Shown here in pieces: positions 25,512 through 38,510 of a stretch of DNA of 64,000 nt. This DNA comes from Octopus bimaculoides. Its lineage: Eukaryota. The stretch lies in contig NC_069005.1 of the NCBI RefSeq assembly GCF_001194135.2, positions 11,008,026 through 11,072,025 of the forward strand, in the 5' to 3' direction. The notes below the pieces were generated by a model. That model saw only the letters and a list, made by a program, of their open reading frames with translations, ran no database searches and was not told where the DNA came from. The number at the start of each line of letters is the position of its first letter. Within the stretch, counting starts at the first letter, position 1. The translations under genes were made by a program, and so were the position numbers.

Positions 25512-27422
25512 CATGCGCACTCACATGTGAAGGCACATGACCTAATGGTTAGGTGTGTTGCACTCACAATGGTGAGTTCAATTCTTGGACCAGTTACACA
25601 CTGTGCTCTTGACCAAAACACTTTATTTCATATGACTCCTGTCCACTTAGCTATAAATGGGTAATCATCCTGTGATGAACTAACCCTCTGATCGGGGGTA
25701 AATGTTGGCTTGCTTGCCTAGCCTATAGGGTGGCATTCATATTGCCACACATATATATAAATATATATAGCAATATGCCATGCTTGAGAAAACCTGTCGA
25801 GGTGAGTGAAATTGCAGTCGTGGCCAATGCCAGTGGCGTGTAAAAGGCACTGTTCAAATGTTGGGCCTCATGGAGGCAGCGACAAGTGATTGAGACCTTT
25901 TGGCGATATACTGTGCTTGAGAAGATCTGTCAAGCCAAGTGAGATCATAGCAGTGGCCAGTGCTGGTGCTGCGTAACTGATACCTGTGCTAGTTGCATGT
26001 AAAAAGCATCCATTACACTCTTGGAGTGGTTAGCATTAGGAAGGGTATCCAGTGGTAAAAACCATGCAAAATCAGACTGGAACATGGTGCAGCTTACCAG
26101 TTTTCAGTGTCCAACCCATGCCTGCAAGGAAAAATGGACGTTATATGTGGATAATGATGATATCTGTACAATGGTCTTCTTTCAGTTTCTGCCTATCAAA
26201 TCCACTCACAAGGCTTTGGTTTTTCTCAAGGTGTCACAGTGGGATTGAACCCGGAACCATGAGCTTGGGAAGTAAGCTTCTTACCACACAGCTACACCTG
26301 TGATTATTTTCATAAATGTTCTCTTTTACTTGAAATACTGTACAGCAATATTTTTATTGCTCATCCCTGTCTCATTTTTATATATCATGCTGTTGTGCCA
26401 GTAAAAGTGCATGACCTGGTGGTTGGGGTGTTGCACTTGTGATCACATGATTGTAGTTTCGATTCCTGGACTGGGCAGTGTATTGTGTTCTTGAGCAAGA
26501 CACTTCATTTCATATTGCTTCTGCCCACTACATGAATGTTTTCCTTTTTATTTCATCAAATCTCACAAGACACCTTTGCATAAAACAATGCAACTTTGAT
26601 GCACCAATTGTTTTAGACCCCTCTGCTGTAAATGCGTAGGACTGGTGTTCCATTCAGTTGGTATAATTGTGATCTTGGTCACTTGGAAACTGGGTAAGTG
26701 ACTCTGAGCAGCATGTCTAAAGATAGTGATGTCCAAACATTGATGAATGTGATTGTCATTGTCAAATTTTCTTCGGCCTTTTGTGCATTCCCGAATGCAT
26801 TGCAATCAGGAAAAATACAGCGCCCCTCTTCATTTAGTTTTTACCTCTACTACAGTTTAGTTTCACATATGTTGTTCAAGTGATTGCTGATGCATGAAGC
26901 TATAGTTACTAAATAAAACTCGTCATTCATGTGTTTAGGTTCCATAATGACCTTGACCAAGTTAACCTATGATTGGGGATGTTCCAGCTGTTTGTTCAGT
27001 TTTTTTTTTTTCTATGCCAGAGTTAACCGAGACTGGATTTTGTGGTCAGATGGCCCTTCACATTGCCCCTTCCTCTCAAGCAAGATTGATCATGTCAATG
27101 TGAGCCCCCCCCCCCNNNNNNNNNNNNNNNNNNNNNNNNNNNNNNNNNNNNNNNNNNNNNNNNNNNNNNNNNNNNNNNNNNNNNNNNNNNNNNNNNNNNN
27201 NNNNNNNNNNNNNNNNNNNNNNNNNNNNNNNNNNNNNNNNNNNNNNNNNNNNNNNNNNNNNNNNNNNNNNNNNNNNNNNNNNNNNNNNNNNNNNNNNNNN
27301 NNNNNNNNNNNNNNNNNNNNNNNNNNNNNNNNNNNNNNNNNNNNNNNNNNNNNNNNNNNNNNNNNNNNNNNNNNNNNNNNNNNNNNNNNNNNNNNNNNNN
27401 NNNNNNNNNNNNNNNNNNNNNN

Positions 27423-27491
<69 letters not shown>
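27423..27491. repeat. (TG)n microsatellite bordering a gap
   Basis: Directly visible. Confidence 0.95.
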
Positions 27492-27494
<3 letters not shown>

Positions 27495-27495
<1 letters not shown>

Positions 27496-27710
27496 GTGCA
27501 GGCTCTTATTTTGACATGTGATGAATGCATGTATAACAGTGATGCTCATTTACAGTGTTATTCGTTTCCAGTCTTCCTTGAAAAACATGTCTGGTCAGTG
27601 GGGAAATATTACTTTACTTGGAAACAAGGGTTGGTGACAGGAAGAGTATCTAGCCATAGAAAATATGCCTCAACAGATTCTGTATGCATGCAAGCATAAA
27701 GTATGGATGT
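27495..27710 (+). repeat. Dispersed repeat family G (SINE 3' part: GGGAAATATTAC-TTACTTGGAAAC...CCCATGCAAGCATGGAAAA tail)
   Basis: Related copies at about 29990-30215, 32090-32310 (-), 33560-33720, 48030-48280, 51780-51925, 53130-53300, 55500-55720 and 61480-61620 (-). Confidence 0.7.
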
Positions 27711-30321
27711 TCAAGGTCTCTTTTTCTCTCCCTTTTTTTCTCTCCCTCACTCATTTGATGGACTTCCTGTAGTTTATCAAATTCCCTTGTGTGACATTAG
27801 TCAACTTGGGGCTATTGTTGACACTTACCTACGGTGCAGCACCATGTAACCAAACCTGAAATCCGGTCTTAATCACACAGCAATACTTGTACCAATAATA
27901 TGTATCTAACAATATATTAGCGAAGGTCTTTAGAAGATAGTTGTGAGATTTGACTGCTACTTCAGGCAAGTTGAACAACCTTGTACAAGCTGTTTGTTGC
28001 TCTGTCTGTCTGTCTGCTTGTTGAGTATTTGGCCCGCCTGGTGTAGCCATCCGGTTGCACCAGTCCTCAGCCAAATCGTCCAACCCATGCTAGCATGGAA
28101 AGCGGACGTTAAACGACGATGATGATGATGGCTGATTTAAATGCTTAACTTTTTAGCATTCAGATTACTCTGTCAAATGTAAAACTTATTTACGTTGTTT
28201 TGAATTAAATATACATTATCATGGAGTGATAAGATATCAATGATGTGATTGTTTTTTTAGAATGATGTAAGGTTGGTGTGAAAAGCTGGATCTGGCTGGA
28301 TTGAACATAAAACAAGAAGGATATTTTGGCTGGATTTGGCCAGTTTAAATGCTAAGGATGTAAGGTAGATTTTTGGTTGCTATTTCTAGCTACCCGAATG
28401 CCTGCTTACATTGTCTTGTTAGCTCTTATGAATTGAGATTGTATTTGTCAGATCAAGCAGGCTAAGTGCAACAGCTTTGCTCCAATGAACAATAGTAATC
28501 ACTGGTAAGGTTAGAACTCTTAGTCATGTGTTCAATAGTCCAGTATTTGAACCTCAACACTATTATTTCCTCGTCATGATTAAAAATAACAGAAAATCAA
28601 AACAGTGATACGTAAAAAGATAAATTATCATTCCGTAGATAAATTCTTTATCTTAATTAGAGAATGAATTGTTCTCTTGTTGGGTTATTTTTGGAACCTT
28701 GCAGGATTATTTCCTATCAACATACAAAGAAGTTCACTTTTAACAAAGCGAGTAATTACAATTATTGAATGGTGATTGAATTGGATGCTAGAATTTGCAG
28801 GTGCTGGTGCAGTTATGTACCAGCTTCAGCATCTGATCTGCAGAAGTGGAGAGGTTCGTACAAACACCAACCTTTTCAATTCCGTTTCCGTGTGTATTCA
28901 GACTTATGGTAATGAAAGAATATGATTACTAATTCAAGTGGCTGAAATGGGGGTTTCTTCTGAAGGATCCTTGAAGTAATGGTACATGAGAGGGTGCATG
29001 GCTTGGAGATTAGGGGAGGCTCTTTAGGTTAAGCCAATTTTTCTCTGCATTGATAGGTTACAGCTCTGGTACTATAGACGTGTGGGTTGGAATCACAAGA
29101 AAATCAGTCGCAAGATACTCTTGAAGTTGAACCAACTGGTAGATTGAGGGGTGGACCACATAGCAATACTTGCACTAATAATCTTTTCTACTCTAGGCAC
29201 AAGGCCCGAAATTTTGGGGGAGGGGGCCAGTTGAATAGATCGACCCCAGTATGCAACTGGTACTTAATCTATCGACCCTGAAACAATGAAAGGCAAAGTC
29301 AACCTTTGTGGAATTTGAACTCAGAACGTAAACACAGACAAAATACCGCTAAGCATTTCGCCTGGCGTGCTAACGTTTCCGCCAGCTCGCCGCCTTATTA
29401 CTTGCGCTAATAATAACAGGAAAAAAAAATCCATATTGCTAACATGGTTCGTTTGCTTTGGTCTTCGTTAGTTGTAATTAACATTGATGTGACCTATATT
29501 CAGTGTAGTTGAAGTTAACTAATATACTACAGGTATAAACACCATTGCTCTCAGTTGAGGTGTTGATTCAGAATGTGCAGAGACAGAATTCAATGCCATA
29601 GTGTCCTGGCCTAAAGCTAGCTCAGTTATTAATTTGTATGTTTAATCAGTATTTTTCCCCTTTTAAAATTGAAAAATAATTCTCTTAAATTATATATTTA
29701 ATTAAATTCAATTTCATAATACTGCTTTACTCTGTTTCACAAGGCTTTTGTGTTCTTAGATTGTCTAATTTTTAAAAAAATGAAATTGATATACAATGGT
29801 TAATTTACTAGTAAAATGCTGTGTATGAATTAAGGTTTTTATATAAATAGGTGCAGGTGTAACTCTAAGAAGTTTGGTTCACAATTGTATGATTCTGGGT
29901 TCTGTCCCACTATGTGGCATCTTGGGCAAGTGTCTACCAAAACCCTGTGTAGATTTGGTAAACAAAATTAGAAAGAAGCCTGTTTTGTGTGTGTGGTTGT
30001 TTCCTGGTCTTGACATTGAGAGTTGTAAAAGTCGCCATCATGCAAGTGGTGTCCTTTATTTTTGGTCCTCCATGAAAACCTGTCTGGCAATGGGGAAATA
30101 TTACCTGATTTGGAAATGGGTAAGGATTGGCAACAAGAGCAATCTAGCCATAGAAAATCCATCTCAACAAGTTCTGTCTGACCTCTGTGATCATGGAAAA
30201 GTGGACATTAAAATGATAAAAATTATTTTAATATAAATTATAATCACCAGTTGAAAATAGCACTCATTAAAGCAACCGGCCCCAACCTTTGTTGCACTAT
30301 GGAATGCTTCATGCAAAACAT

Positions 30322-31130
30322 GTGGTGGTATCAAAAAGTTCCTGGACTATTTCCATAGCGTGCCAACAAATGGCAGAACACAGTTGCACGTGCAATGAGA
30401 GCTAGCAGTGACCTTTATGAGGCAGTGTGCCCAAGTGACATCACTTGAATGTGACGTGCTTACTTCAAGTTGTGAAATTTGTGTTTTTGTGATTGCATAT
30501 ATGTTGTAGTCTGCAATTTTGTCATGGACAGGAACGAGGAGCCAACCTGAAATTTTGTTTTAAACTTAGGAAGTCTGCTACAGAGACATTGAGCATGCTT
30601 CAGCAAGCCTTGTGGCGACAAGGCAATAGGTCGTAAACTATGTTTCAAGTGGCATGGTATGGGTGCTTCTAAAGCGGAAGAATGTCCCCTGGAAATATGG
30701 TATTGTGCATCGAGAGTTCTGCTGTGATGTTTTGAAGTGTTTAAGGGAGGGCATTTGGTGGAAGTAACTGGATCTGTGGAGCATGAAGAATTGGATTCTT
30801 CACAGAGTTCTCGTCACTCATGAGTTTCTCACCAAAAAACATGGTATCTCTCCTGCATCCTTCCTATTCACCAGATTTGGCACCTGCGGACTTCGATCTC
30901 TGAGATGAAAATGCAGCTCAAAGGTCGCTGTTTTAACACTATAGTGAAGACCCATAGTGAATTACAGAAGGTCCTTGACTTCCAGGTCGGATTCCGGAAG
31001 TGGAAGGACTGCTGGGCCCTGTGTATTGCTATGCAAGGTGACTATTTCGAAGGAGATGACATTAAAACTAAGGTAAATGTTTTTTTTTTATTTAACATAA
31101 CTAGTCTAGGAACCTTTTGATACCGTCTGA
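30322..31130 (+). mobile_element. Internally deleted mariner transposon, second lineage
   Basis: TIRs GGTATCAAAAAGTTCCTGGACTA / TAGTCTAGGAACCTTTTGATACC. Frameshifted N-terminal HTH (ANLKFCFKLxKSATETLSMLQQA), HPSYSPDLAPADF motif and C-terminus ...WALCIAMQGDYFEGDD. Confidence 0.88.
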
Positions 31131-33724
31131 TAATGTTGTGCTAGAGATGATATACGACCCATTGACCTTTGGGTTTCCACGTTCCTTATCAAGCCCCAGC
31201 TTCACATGTAACCCACTTCCAAAATATTGTGAATGGTGATGTTGCGTTAATCAGCTATATTACCATGTATTCTGGAATCGAGGTCTTTTATCTATTTTTA
31301 ACTGAGGTAAAATAAACCTAAGAGCGTAGTATTTAGCCCCCTCCCCCACTTCCCTTTAAAAGATAATTTCTGCATGTACAAATGGTTCTAGATTTAAATG
31401 TAGTTGATGTACCATTTCTTTGGTGTAAATATTTCAATAATTATAGTTTTATTTTTAGTTATATTTTCCCTGTTTCAATAATAGGATTGTGGCCATGCTA
31501 GAGCACTGCCTTGAATTTTGTCCAGCAAGTTGACCCAAATTCTTATTTACATCCGGTACTTTGTTGGTCTTTTTCTGTATACCAAATTCACTCACAGGGC
31601 ATTAGTTGGTATAAGACTTTAGTATAAGATACTTGCACAAAGGTTCTCCGTAGTGGGACTGAACCTGAAGCCAAATGATTGTAAGGTGAAATTCTTAACC
31701 ACACAGCCACTGTCTCTGTATGTCATAGACAAAAACAATATTTAACATGTTAGTTCTTCATTTATTTGAAATTAGGCAGTTGACACTTTGGTTTTGAATG
31801 ACAGAAAAATGCATATTGTGTGAGTGGGTTATTTCTTTTGTAAAGAATTATACAACTGTAAAATTAACCTTTTTGAAGCATTTTGTTTACAAATATTTAC
31901 CAGCTAATATTGCATCTGTGTATTTATATCATAATGTGGATGGTAGTGTGTGTTGGGGGAGAGCATTGTTTACTCACCAGAATGGGGGAGGAGAAGATGG
32001 AATGTCAATGAGGTTCAATAGAGGAAGTTGGGTATTTAGAAGCAGTTGTGAGTTTTCTTGGAAATAAAATATTTCAACCAGGCACATCATAATCATCATT
32101 TAACAACTACTTCATGTTTACACGTGTGAGATAGTTTGAGGCAGATTTTCTGTTGGCAATCCTCACCTATTTCCACCTATTTTCCCATAGCTAGACATTT
32201 TGCATGGGACTGGAAATGAAGAATCTAGCTTGCATGGTGATGCTGCTCATTTACAACCATCACTTCTAGACAAGGGTACACGCAAATATGCGCATGCACG
32301 CACACGACAGGCTTCTTTGTAGTTCCATCTACCAAATTTACTCACAAGGTCTTGGTAAGCCCGAGACTGAAGACATTTGCTCAAGGTGCCACATAGTGGG
32401 TTTGAACCCAAGACCACATGGTTGGGAAGCAAACATTTGTCACATAGCCATGCACAATGCTTATATTTTAAATGCATTTTCCAAAAAAAAAAGTCTTTGA
32501 AATTATGGTTAGACATGTTAACTTATGGCTGAAACATGTTGAGCGGAGACAGGACTGATGAAAACCACGGTTCAATATAATTTCCTTGTTTAACCCATTA
32601 ACATTTAAACCAACCATACTGGCCCAAATATTCTACTTGTGTTCAAACCAACCTGATCGACCTCTCATAGCCTCTACCCTACCACGTCATTCTAAAAACA
32701 ATCACATCAGTATCTCAACACTAACAGATAAGGCATAGTAAATTTGAAACAATGCAAATAAACATTACATTTGACAGGATAATCTGATTACTAAAGGGTT
32801 ATGACCTTGTTTTACTGTAATTTCTGCAAAAATTTAGCATGTGGGGCACAAGACAAGGCAGATGCTATAGTTTAATGTTATAATAAGCCACAGTTCCCAA
32901 ATTAACTTCTCTTTGATTAACATGCTTTTCAAACATAAGGTATTTTTAACTCTTTAGCATTCAGGTTACTGTCAAATGTAATGCTTATTTATTCACATTA
33001 CATTGTTTTAGAACTCATCCTGGCATTACCTCGTAGTTTTGAGATTTCAGTGCTATGAGTTTATTTTTAAAATGACTTTGTAGGGTTAAGGCCAAATCTG
33101 GTTGGTCTGACCATAAAACAGGTAAACTGTTTGGACTCGATATGGCTAAAGGGTTAACCCATTTGTTTTTGTTTATTTTTAGTATGACATTGTAAGGTTG
33201 GTGTAAGATGCTGGATGTACTCAATTTGAACATAAAACAGGTAGAATATCTGGGCTGGATATGGTCGGTTTAAATGCCAAAGAGTTAAACCTGTTCATGT
33301 TTGTAAACCACTATTCAGTGAAGAGGGATAGCTTTGTTGCAAAAAGGTCAAGAACTGCTGATCTGTCCTTAAATGAAAGTAACTATATCTGACATCTCTA
33401 GTGATTAACTTAATATCGGTCTCTGAATATTCTTAATGAATTGTCTCTTGAAGCTGCTAGTCACATGTTATAGCTACTTTAACACTTTCAAGGTGAAAAT
33501 CTTTATGTAGCTGCTTGAAATAGTAGCGGAATATCTCTTGTTAGGGAATCTCATCTTTTGTTTTCCTCTTTTGGTCTTCCATGGAAAACATCTGTCCATG
33601 GAGAAATATTATGTTACATGGAAACAGGTGAGGGTTGGTGAAGGAAACGGCATCTGGCTTTTTTAAAAATCTGCCTCAACAAATTTCTACTAACCCATGC
33701 AAGCATGGAAAATTGGATGTCTAA

Positions 33725-33945
33725 CCCTTTAGCATTCAGATGACTCTATCAAATGTAATGCTTGTTTATTCAGATTATTTTGAATTAATTGTACATTATC
33801 CTGTAGCTCTGGAATTTTAATGGTGTGATTATTTATTTTTTAGGCTGACATTGTAGGGTAGGTGTAAGAGACCAGAACTGGCTAGTTTAAACATAAAACC
33901 AGTAGAATATTTGGGTCAAATATGACCGGCTTGAATGCTAAATGG
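33725..33945 (+). mobile_element. TTAA-targeting piggyBac-like MITE family D (about 210-220 bp)
   Basis: (C/T)TAA|CCCTTTAGCATT ... AATGCTAAA(T/G)GG|TTAA. Further copies at about 28150-28355, 32594-32798, 32950-33284, 51268-51470, 53313-53532, 53920-54140, 54400-54565 and 60113-60325. Confidence 0.8.
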
Positions 33946-34089
33946 TTAAATGAACAAATCACTTGGCAAGATTCTCTGTAGACTCGAGCTATAAGTCAAC
34001 CTCATCGCTATGGAAAATAACATTTCCCCAAGATGCCTCTCTCTGGGATTGAACTTTGGAGATTGTGGTTGTAAATCGGCCTCTTAAAC

Positions 34090-34268
34090 TAGTGATTCCC
34101 AACCTGGGGTCCACAGACTCCTGGTGGCCTGTAAAAGTTGTACTGGGGGTCTGTGAACTCAATTCAAAATTTCATATATGTATACACACGCAAGCATACT
34201 AAAAGGGGTTTGTGGGAAAACTCATGAATAAAAGGGCTGGGAATTACTGTAAAGGTTGGGAACCACTG
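34090..34268. mobile_element. hAT/Charlie-type MITE
   Basis: TAGTGATTCCCAACC ... GGTTGGGAACCACTG TIRs with a perfect 8-bp TSD TCTTAAAC (34082-34089 and 34269-34276). Confidence 0.85.
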
Positions 34269-34897
34269 TCTTAAACCATTCAGCCATACTATTGGACTTC
34301 TTTTTTTTTTTCTTGTGGCTGAACTTAATTTGTATTTTTCTTGCTGGGTGGAGGTGCTTATCTCCCCTGTTTGAAAACATCAGGACACAGAACGCTTGTG
34401 TCACATAGCCAACTGGAAATGGTGTTGCCTGGGGCTAAATAGCAGTATCATTCTTCCCTTTCCTGGAACTGCCACATTAAGTTGGCAACAAATCATCACT
34501 TTATTATTTTTGGTTAATCTTCCCAAGATTTGTTTTTTTCATTTGAATGGTTTACTGGATGTTAAAAGTAAAGAATGAGGAATTTGTATATATCTGCACT
34601 CCAGAAATATTGAACTAATCAGCCCCAGTAGTTTGTTTTTAAGTTTGTTACATTATTCTATCAGTCTCTATTACCAGACATGTAAACAAATCGACCCCAG
34701 TTGTCAAATGGTGGTGGTGGTAGTGAGCAAAAGCATACATATATATGATGGAATTCTACACATTTCCAATTACCAAATTCACTCCCCAAGACATTGGGTG
34801 GTCTGAAACTTTTGTAGAAGACACTTGTCCAAGGTGCTGTGCAGTGGATTGAACTGGGAACTACATGGTTGCAAAGTGAGCTTCTTAACCACACAAC

Positions 34898-35276
34898 AGT
34901 GGAGGCGCAATGGCCCAGTGGTTAGGGCAGCGGACTCGCTGTCATAGGATCGCAGTTTCGATTCCCAGACCGGGCGTTGTGAGTGTTTATTGAGCAAAAA
35001 CACCTAAAGTTCTACGAGGCTCCGGCAGGGGATGGTGGCGAATCCTGCTGTACTCTTCCACCACAACTTTCTCTCACTCTTGTTGTGCCTGTAATTCAAA
35101 GGGTCAGCCTTGTCACACTGTGTCACGCTGAATATCCCTGAGAACTATGTTAAGGGTACACGTGTCTGTGGAGTGCTCAGCCACTTGCACGTTAATTTCA
35201 TGAGCAGGCTGTTCCGTTGATTGGATCGACAGGAACCCTCATTGTCGTAAGCGACGGAGTTCCAACAACAACAACA
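34898..35276 (+). mobile_element. Second full-length tRNA(Arg-like) SINE with TSD, inserted into a family A SINE
   Basis: 11-bp TSD AACCACACAAC at 34887-34897 and 35277-35287; (AAC)n tail; same body as 18102-18485 with a small deletion. Confidence 0.85.
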
Positions 35277-36548
35277 AACCACACAACTATGTGTATGCCT
35301 ATTGAAATTCATCCCAATTTATTTTTGTAATTGTTGTATTGGTGGTTCTCTTGTTTGAAAAATGTATTTTAACACCATCATGGCTCTTTGATTTTGTTTT
35401 ACAGTCATGGGGGCTCTGGATTTGATCTCACTATGCAGAAGTTTGTCAGACAGATTATACCTTTTTCGGGGTGACAAACTTGTTACATTTCCCAGTTTAA
35501 CACCAGCTTGGCCTTTGTGGGGTACCTTTAGTGGAATGAACTCTTTTGCAAGCATTCAGACCAGGGCTGACCATATCATGAGCACGCACCTTTCTTAAAC
35601 CAATCTCAAAATGCACTGCAAAAGTTAAATTTGTTGAGTGCACAGGACTTCAAAACCCCTTTGCACTTTCTCTAGCTCATTGGTATACTGGCATTGAAAG
35701 GAGCTAGCTTTCATTGAAATCTGGGTTTTCAATGAAAACCAAGATACTTGAGCACTTAAGGAATTCTCAAGCTTGTCACTTTTTTTGTGGGGTGTGGGAC
35801 AGTGTTTATGATTTGCATTGTGAAATTTACATATGATGGATAGGGGTTATTTTGTTACTGATAAAGATTTTGGTTTTGTCCTGGCTGATGCACATGGATA
35901 TTTTTTTAAAGGCTATTAACCATGGATTGAAATCAGATACAAGAAATAACTCAAGTGGAAATAGCTTAGTCAGAAATGAAACCAGTCTCACATGTTTTAC
36001 CACCAGTTATTAACCTTGAGTAATTTCTGAATGAATAAATCTTTAGTCAAAGTTTATCCAATTTGTGTGTGAGTGCTGAACTGTAGGGTATTTCTGGGAG
36101 ATTTGGTTGCTGTTTCTAGTGTATCAAACAATCGTAGAGGTTGTCGTTTTCCCAGAGCGATCACCATGGAGTCTATAAACATGTTAGTTGTATGTCTGTA
36201 GCGTGGCTGAATAATTTTCACAATTACAAGGTCTCTGGTTCTGTCCCATTGCATTGTATTTTGGGGCAAGTGCCTTTTATTGTCCTGTGTTGTCCCAAAC
36301 CTTGCAAGTCAAATCTGGAAGATGGAATCAGCGAGGAAGCTTCTCAGACCGATTATATCTGTTACTCAAAGGTCCGGCTTTGTCACAGATATACTGATTC
36401 AACTTGAGGTTTGCATTATGAGCACATTTGTTTGTGGAATGCTTGGCTGCTTATGTGCCAATTCAATGAGTAATCCTGTTGATTAAACAACCAGTTATTC
36501 ATTGGTGAAACCAGATGTTTCAAGTGGTTCAAATTCTGAGATACATCT

Positions 36549-36581
36549 CGGTGGTTCTCAACCTGTGGTCCACAAATTCAA

Positions 36582-36617
<36 letters not shown>

Positions 36618-36670
36618 TTTAAATGAGTTTTCCTTGGGGTCCTTGGTAGTGAAAAGGTTGGGAACCACTG
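36549..36670. mobile_element. hAT/Charlie-type MITE with internal (TA)n
   Basis: CGGTGGTTCTCAACC ... GGTTGGGAACCACTG; imperfect 8-bp TSD ATACATCT/ATACACAC. Confidence 0.7.
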
Positions 36671-36739
36671 ATACACACGATGGATTCTCTTGTTGTGAAC
36701 GACAAATGAGTGTTCTGTAAAATAAAGCATTAATCATGT

Positions 36740-37000
36740 TCTATGGATGCAAATGTCTCTTGAGGTCTGCTGGTGCCTTGCAAACCTTTTGGCAAAAGGA
36801 ACAAGTTGCAGGCTCAGTTTGCTTGAGTGCTTGTGGATCATTTGCTATGTGTTTCCTTGAGTGGAAGGCTAGGCCTGCTTTGCTTTGTACCACAGTAAGG
36901 TTTCCATTTAGAAGAGTGTTTTACCAGTGTGCTTTCATGCTTGCTTGAAGTTGGTCCCAATGCTGGAGTCGACTTGGCTCAAATCTTTGAACTGAGGAGC
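36740..37000 (-). mobile_element. Decayed RTE LINE C-terminal zinc-finger region
   Basis: Minus-strand ...VVQSKAGLAFHSRKH...PATCSFCQKVCKAPADLKRHLHP* resembles the CxxCxRxCKSxAGLxxHxR motifs ending BovB/RTE ORFs; an in-frame stop is present upstream. Confidence 0.65.
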
Positions 37001-38104
37001 AGCAGGACTGGCACCAGGTCCTATATATAGATAGGTTAGTTATAGAATTCATTAGAATCTAGGCACATCAACAGGGTATACCAAAAATGGGGTTCATAGT
37101 GAGTTAAAACAACCATGAGGGTATCATGTTGGTGGCATACTGTAGATATGTAAATACCAAATCCAGTTAACTGCAGATCGGATTCAGAGCTGGGGCTAGT
37201 TGCAGCATAGATATAAAAAAAACAAAAATGGGGCTTAACCCCCATTTGTATTAGTTTGTATATGTATCACATCATTTAAATGCCACCTTTTCCATGTTTG
37301 CATGGGTCGGACAGTCTAACAAACTGGTTTCTACAACTGGATGCCTTTCCTAATGTCAACCACTTTACAGTGTACAGGGAGCTGTTGTTTGCATGGCACC
37401 AGCACTGGTGAGGTCACCAAGTACTCGCAAGACAGGACTTACTCAGTTGAGTGGGGTGTAGGACTGAGAGATGTGGAAGTATGATAGTGAGAGAAGTGTC
37501 TTGCTGAAGTGAACACATGATTTTTCCCCATCTTGAATACCATCAAAATACAAGGTGAATATGAGAGAGAACAGGGATAGAGGAACAGAAAAAGGTGGGT
37601 AGGTTAGGTAAGTGTGCCAGAGTGAAAAGTCTGTGACATGACTAAAGGTGGGTGTGGGTTACTGTTCCTCTTAGGTTGAGACCCTTCTGTATAAGGAAGG
37701 GTATCTGATTGTAGAATTGTTTATCCAGATACTATGTATTAATCAAGTGAGCATGATTTGTATACAACACTGAATAACGAGGATGTGTTTAGAGAAGTCA
37801 ATTTCTTTTGTGATTTGGCTGAAAGGGGTTTTCTTCAGGAGCTAGCTTTCATCGAAATCTGGGTTTTCTGTAACCATTATTGGTACTGGTGCCATGTAAA
37901 AAAAAAAGCAGCCAGTGCACTCATTAAAGTGGTTGGTGTTAGGAAGGGCATCCAGTTGCAGACTCCAAGCCAAAACAAACAATGGAGCCTGGTGTGGTCC
38001 CTGGCCTTGATGGTTCCTGTCAAGCCATCCAACTCATCCCTGCAGAGAAAACAGACTTTAGATAATGATGGTAATTATGTGCAAATTGATTTGAGAATTG
38101 CTCG

Positions 38105-38510
38105 ACTCTTTTACTTGTTTCAGTCATTTGACTGCGGCCATGCTGGAGCACCGCCTTTAGTCGAGCAAATCGATCCCGGGACTTATTCTTTGTAAGCCTA
38201 GTACTTATTCTATCGGTCTCTTTTGACGAACTGCTAAGTTACAGGGACATAAACACACCAGCATCAGTTATCAAGCAATGCTAGGGGGACAAACACAGAC
38301 ACACACACACACACACACACACAGACACACACACACACATATATATACGACGGGCTTCCTTCAGTTTCTGTCTACCAAATCCACTCACAAGGCTTTGGTC
38401 GGCCCGAGGCTATAGTAGAAGACACTTGCCCAAGGTGCCATGCAGTGAGACTGAACCCGGAACCATGTGGTTGGTAAGCAAGCTCCTTACCACACAGCCA
38501 CTCTTGCGCC
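38105..38510 (-). mobile_element. SINE family A, full length
   Basis: Complete reverse copy from TTTTACTTGTTTCAGTC to the head CCACTCTTGCGCC. Confidence 0.85.

Noticed and set aside
28801-28908. + strand AG/GT-bounded segment reading ...HQPFQFRFRVYSDLW, reminiscent of TSEN34 (LRYxxYxDLWERG)
   Set aside because: No downstream exon with the essential KFGGDFLVYPGDP motif was found before the 4E-T promoter. Joining to 26640-26693 and 35405+ gives no recognisable protein.
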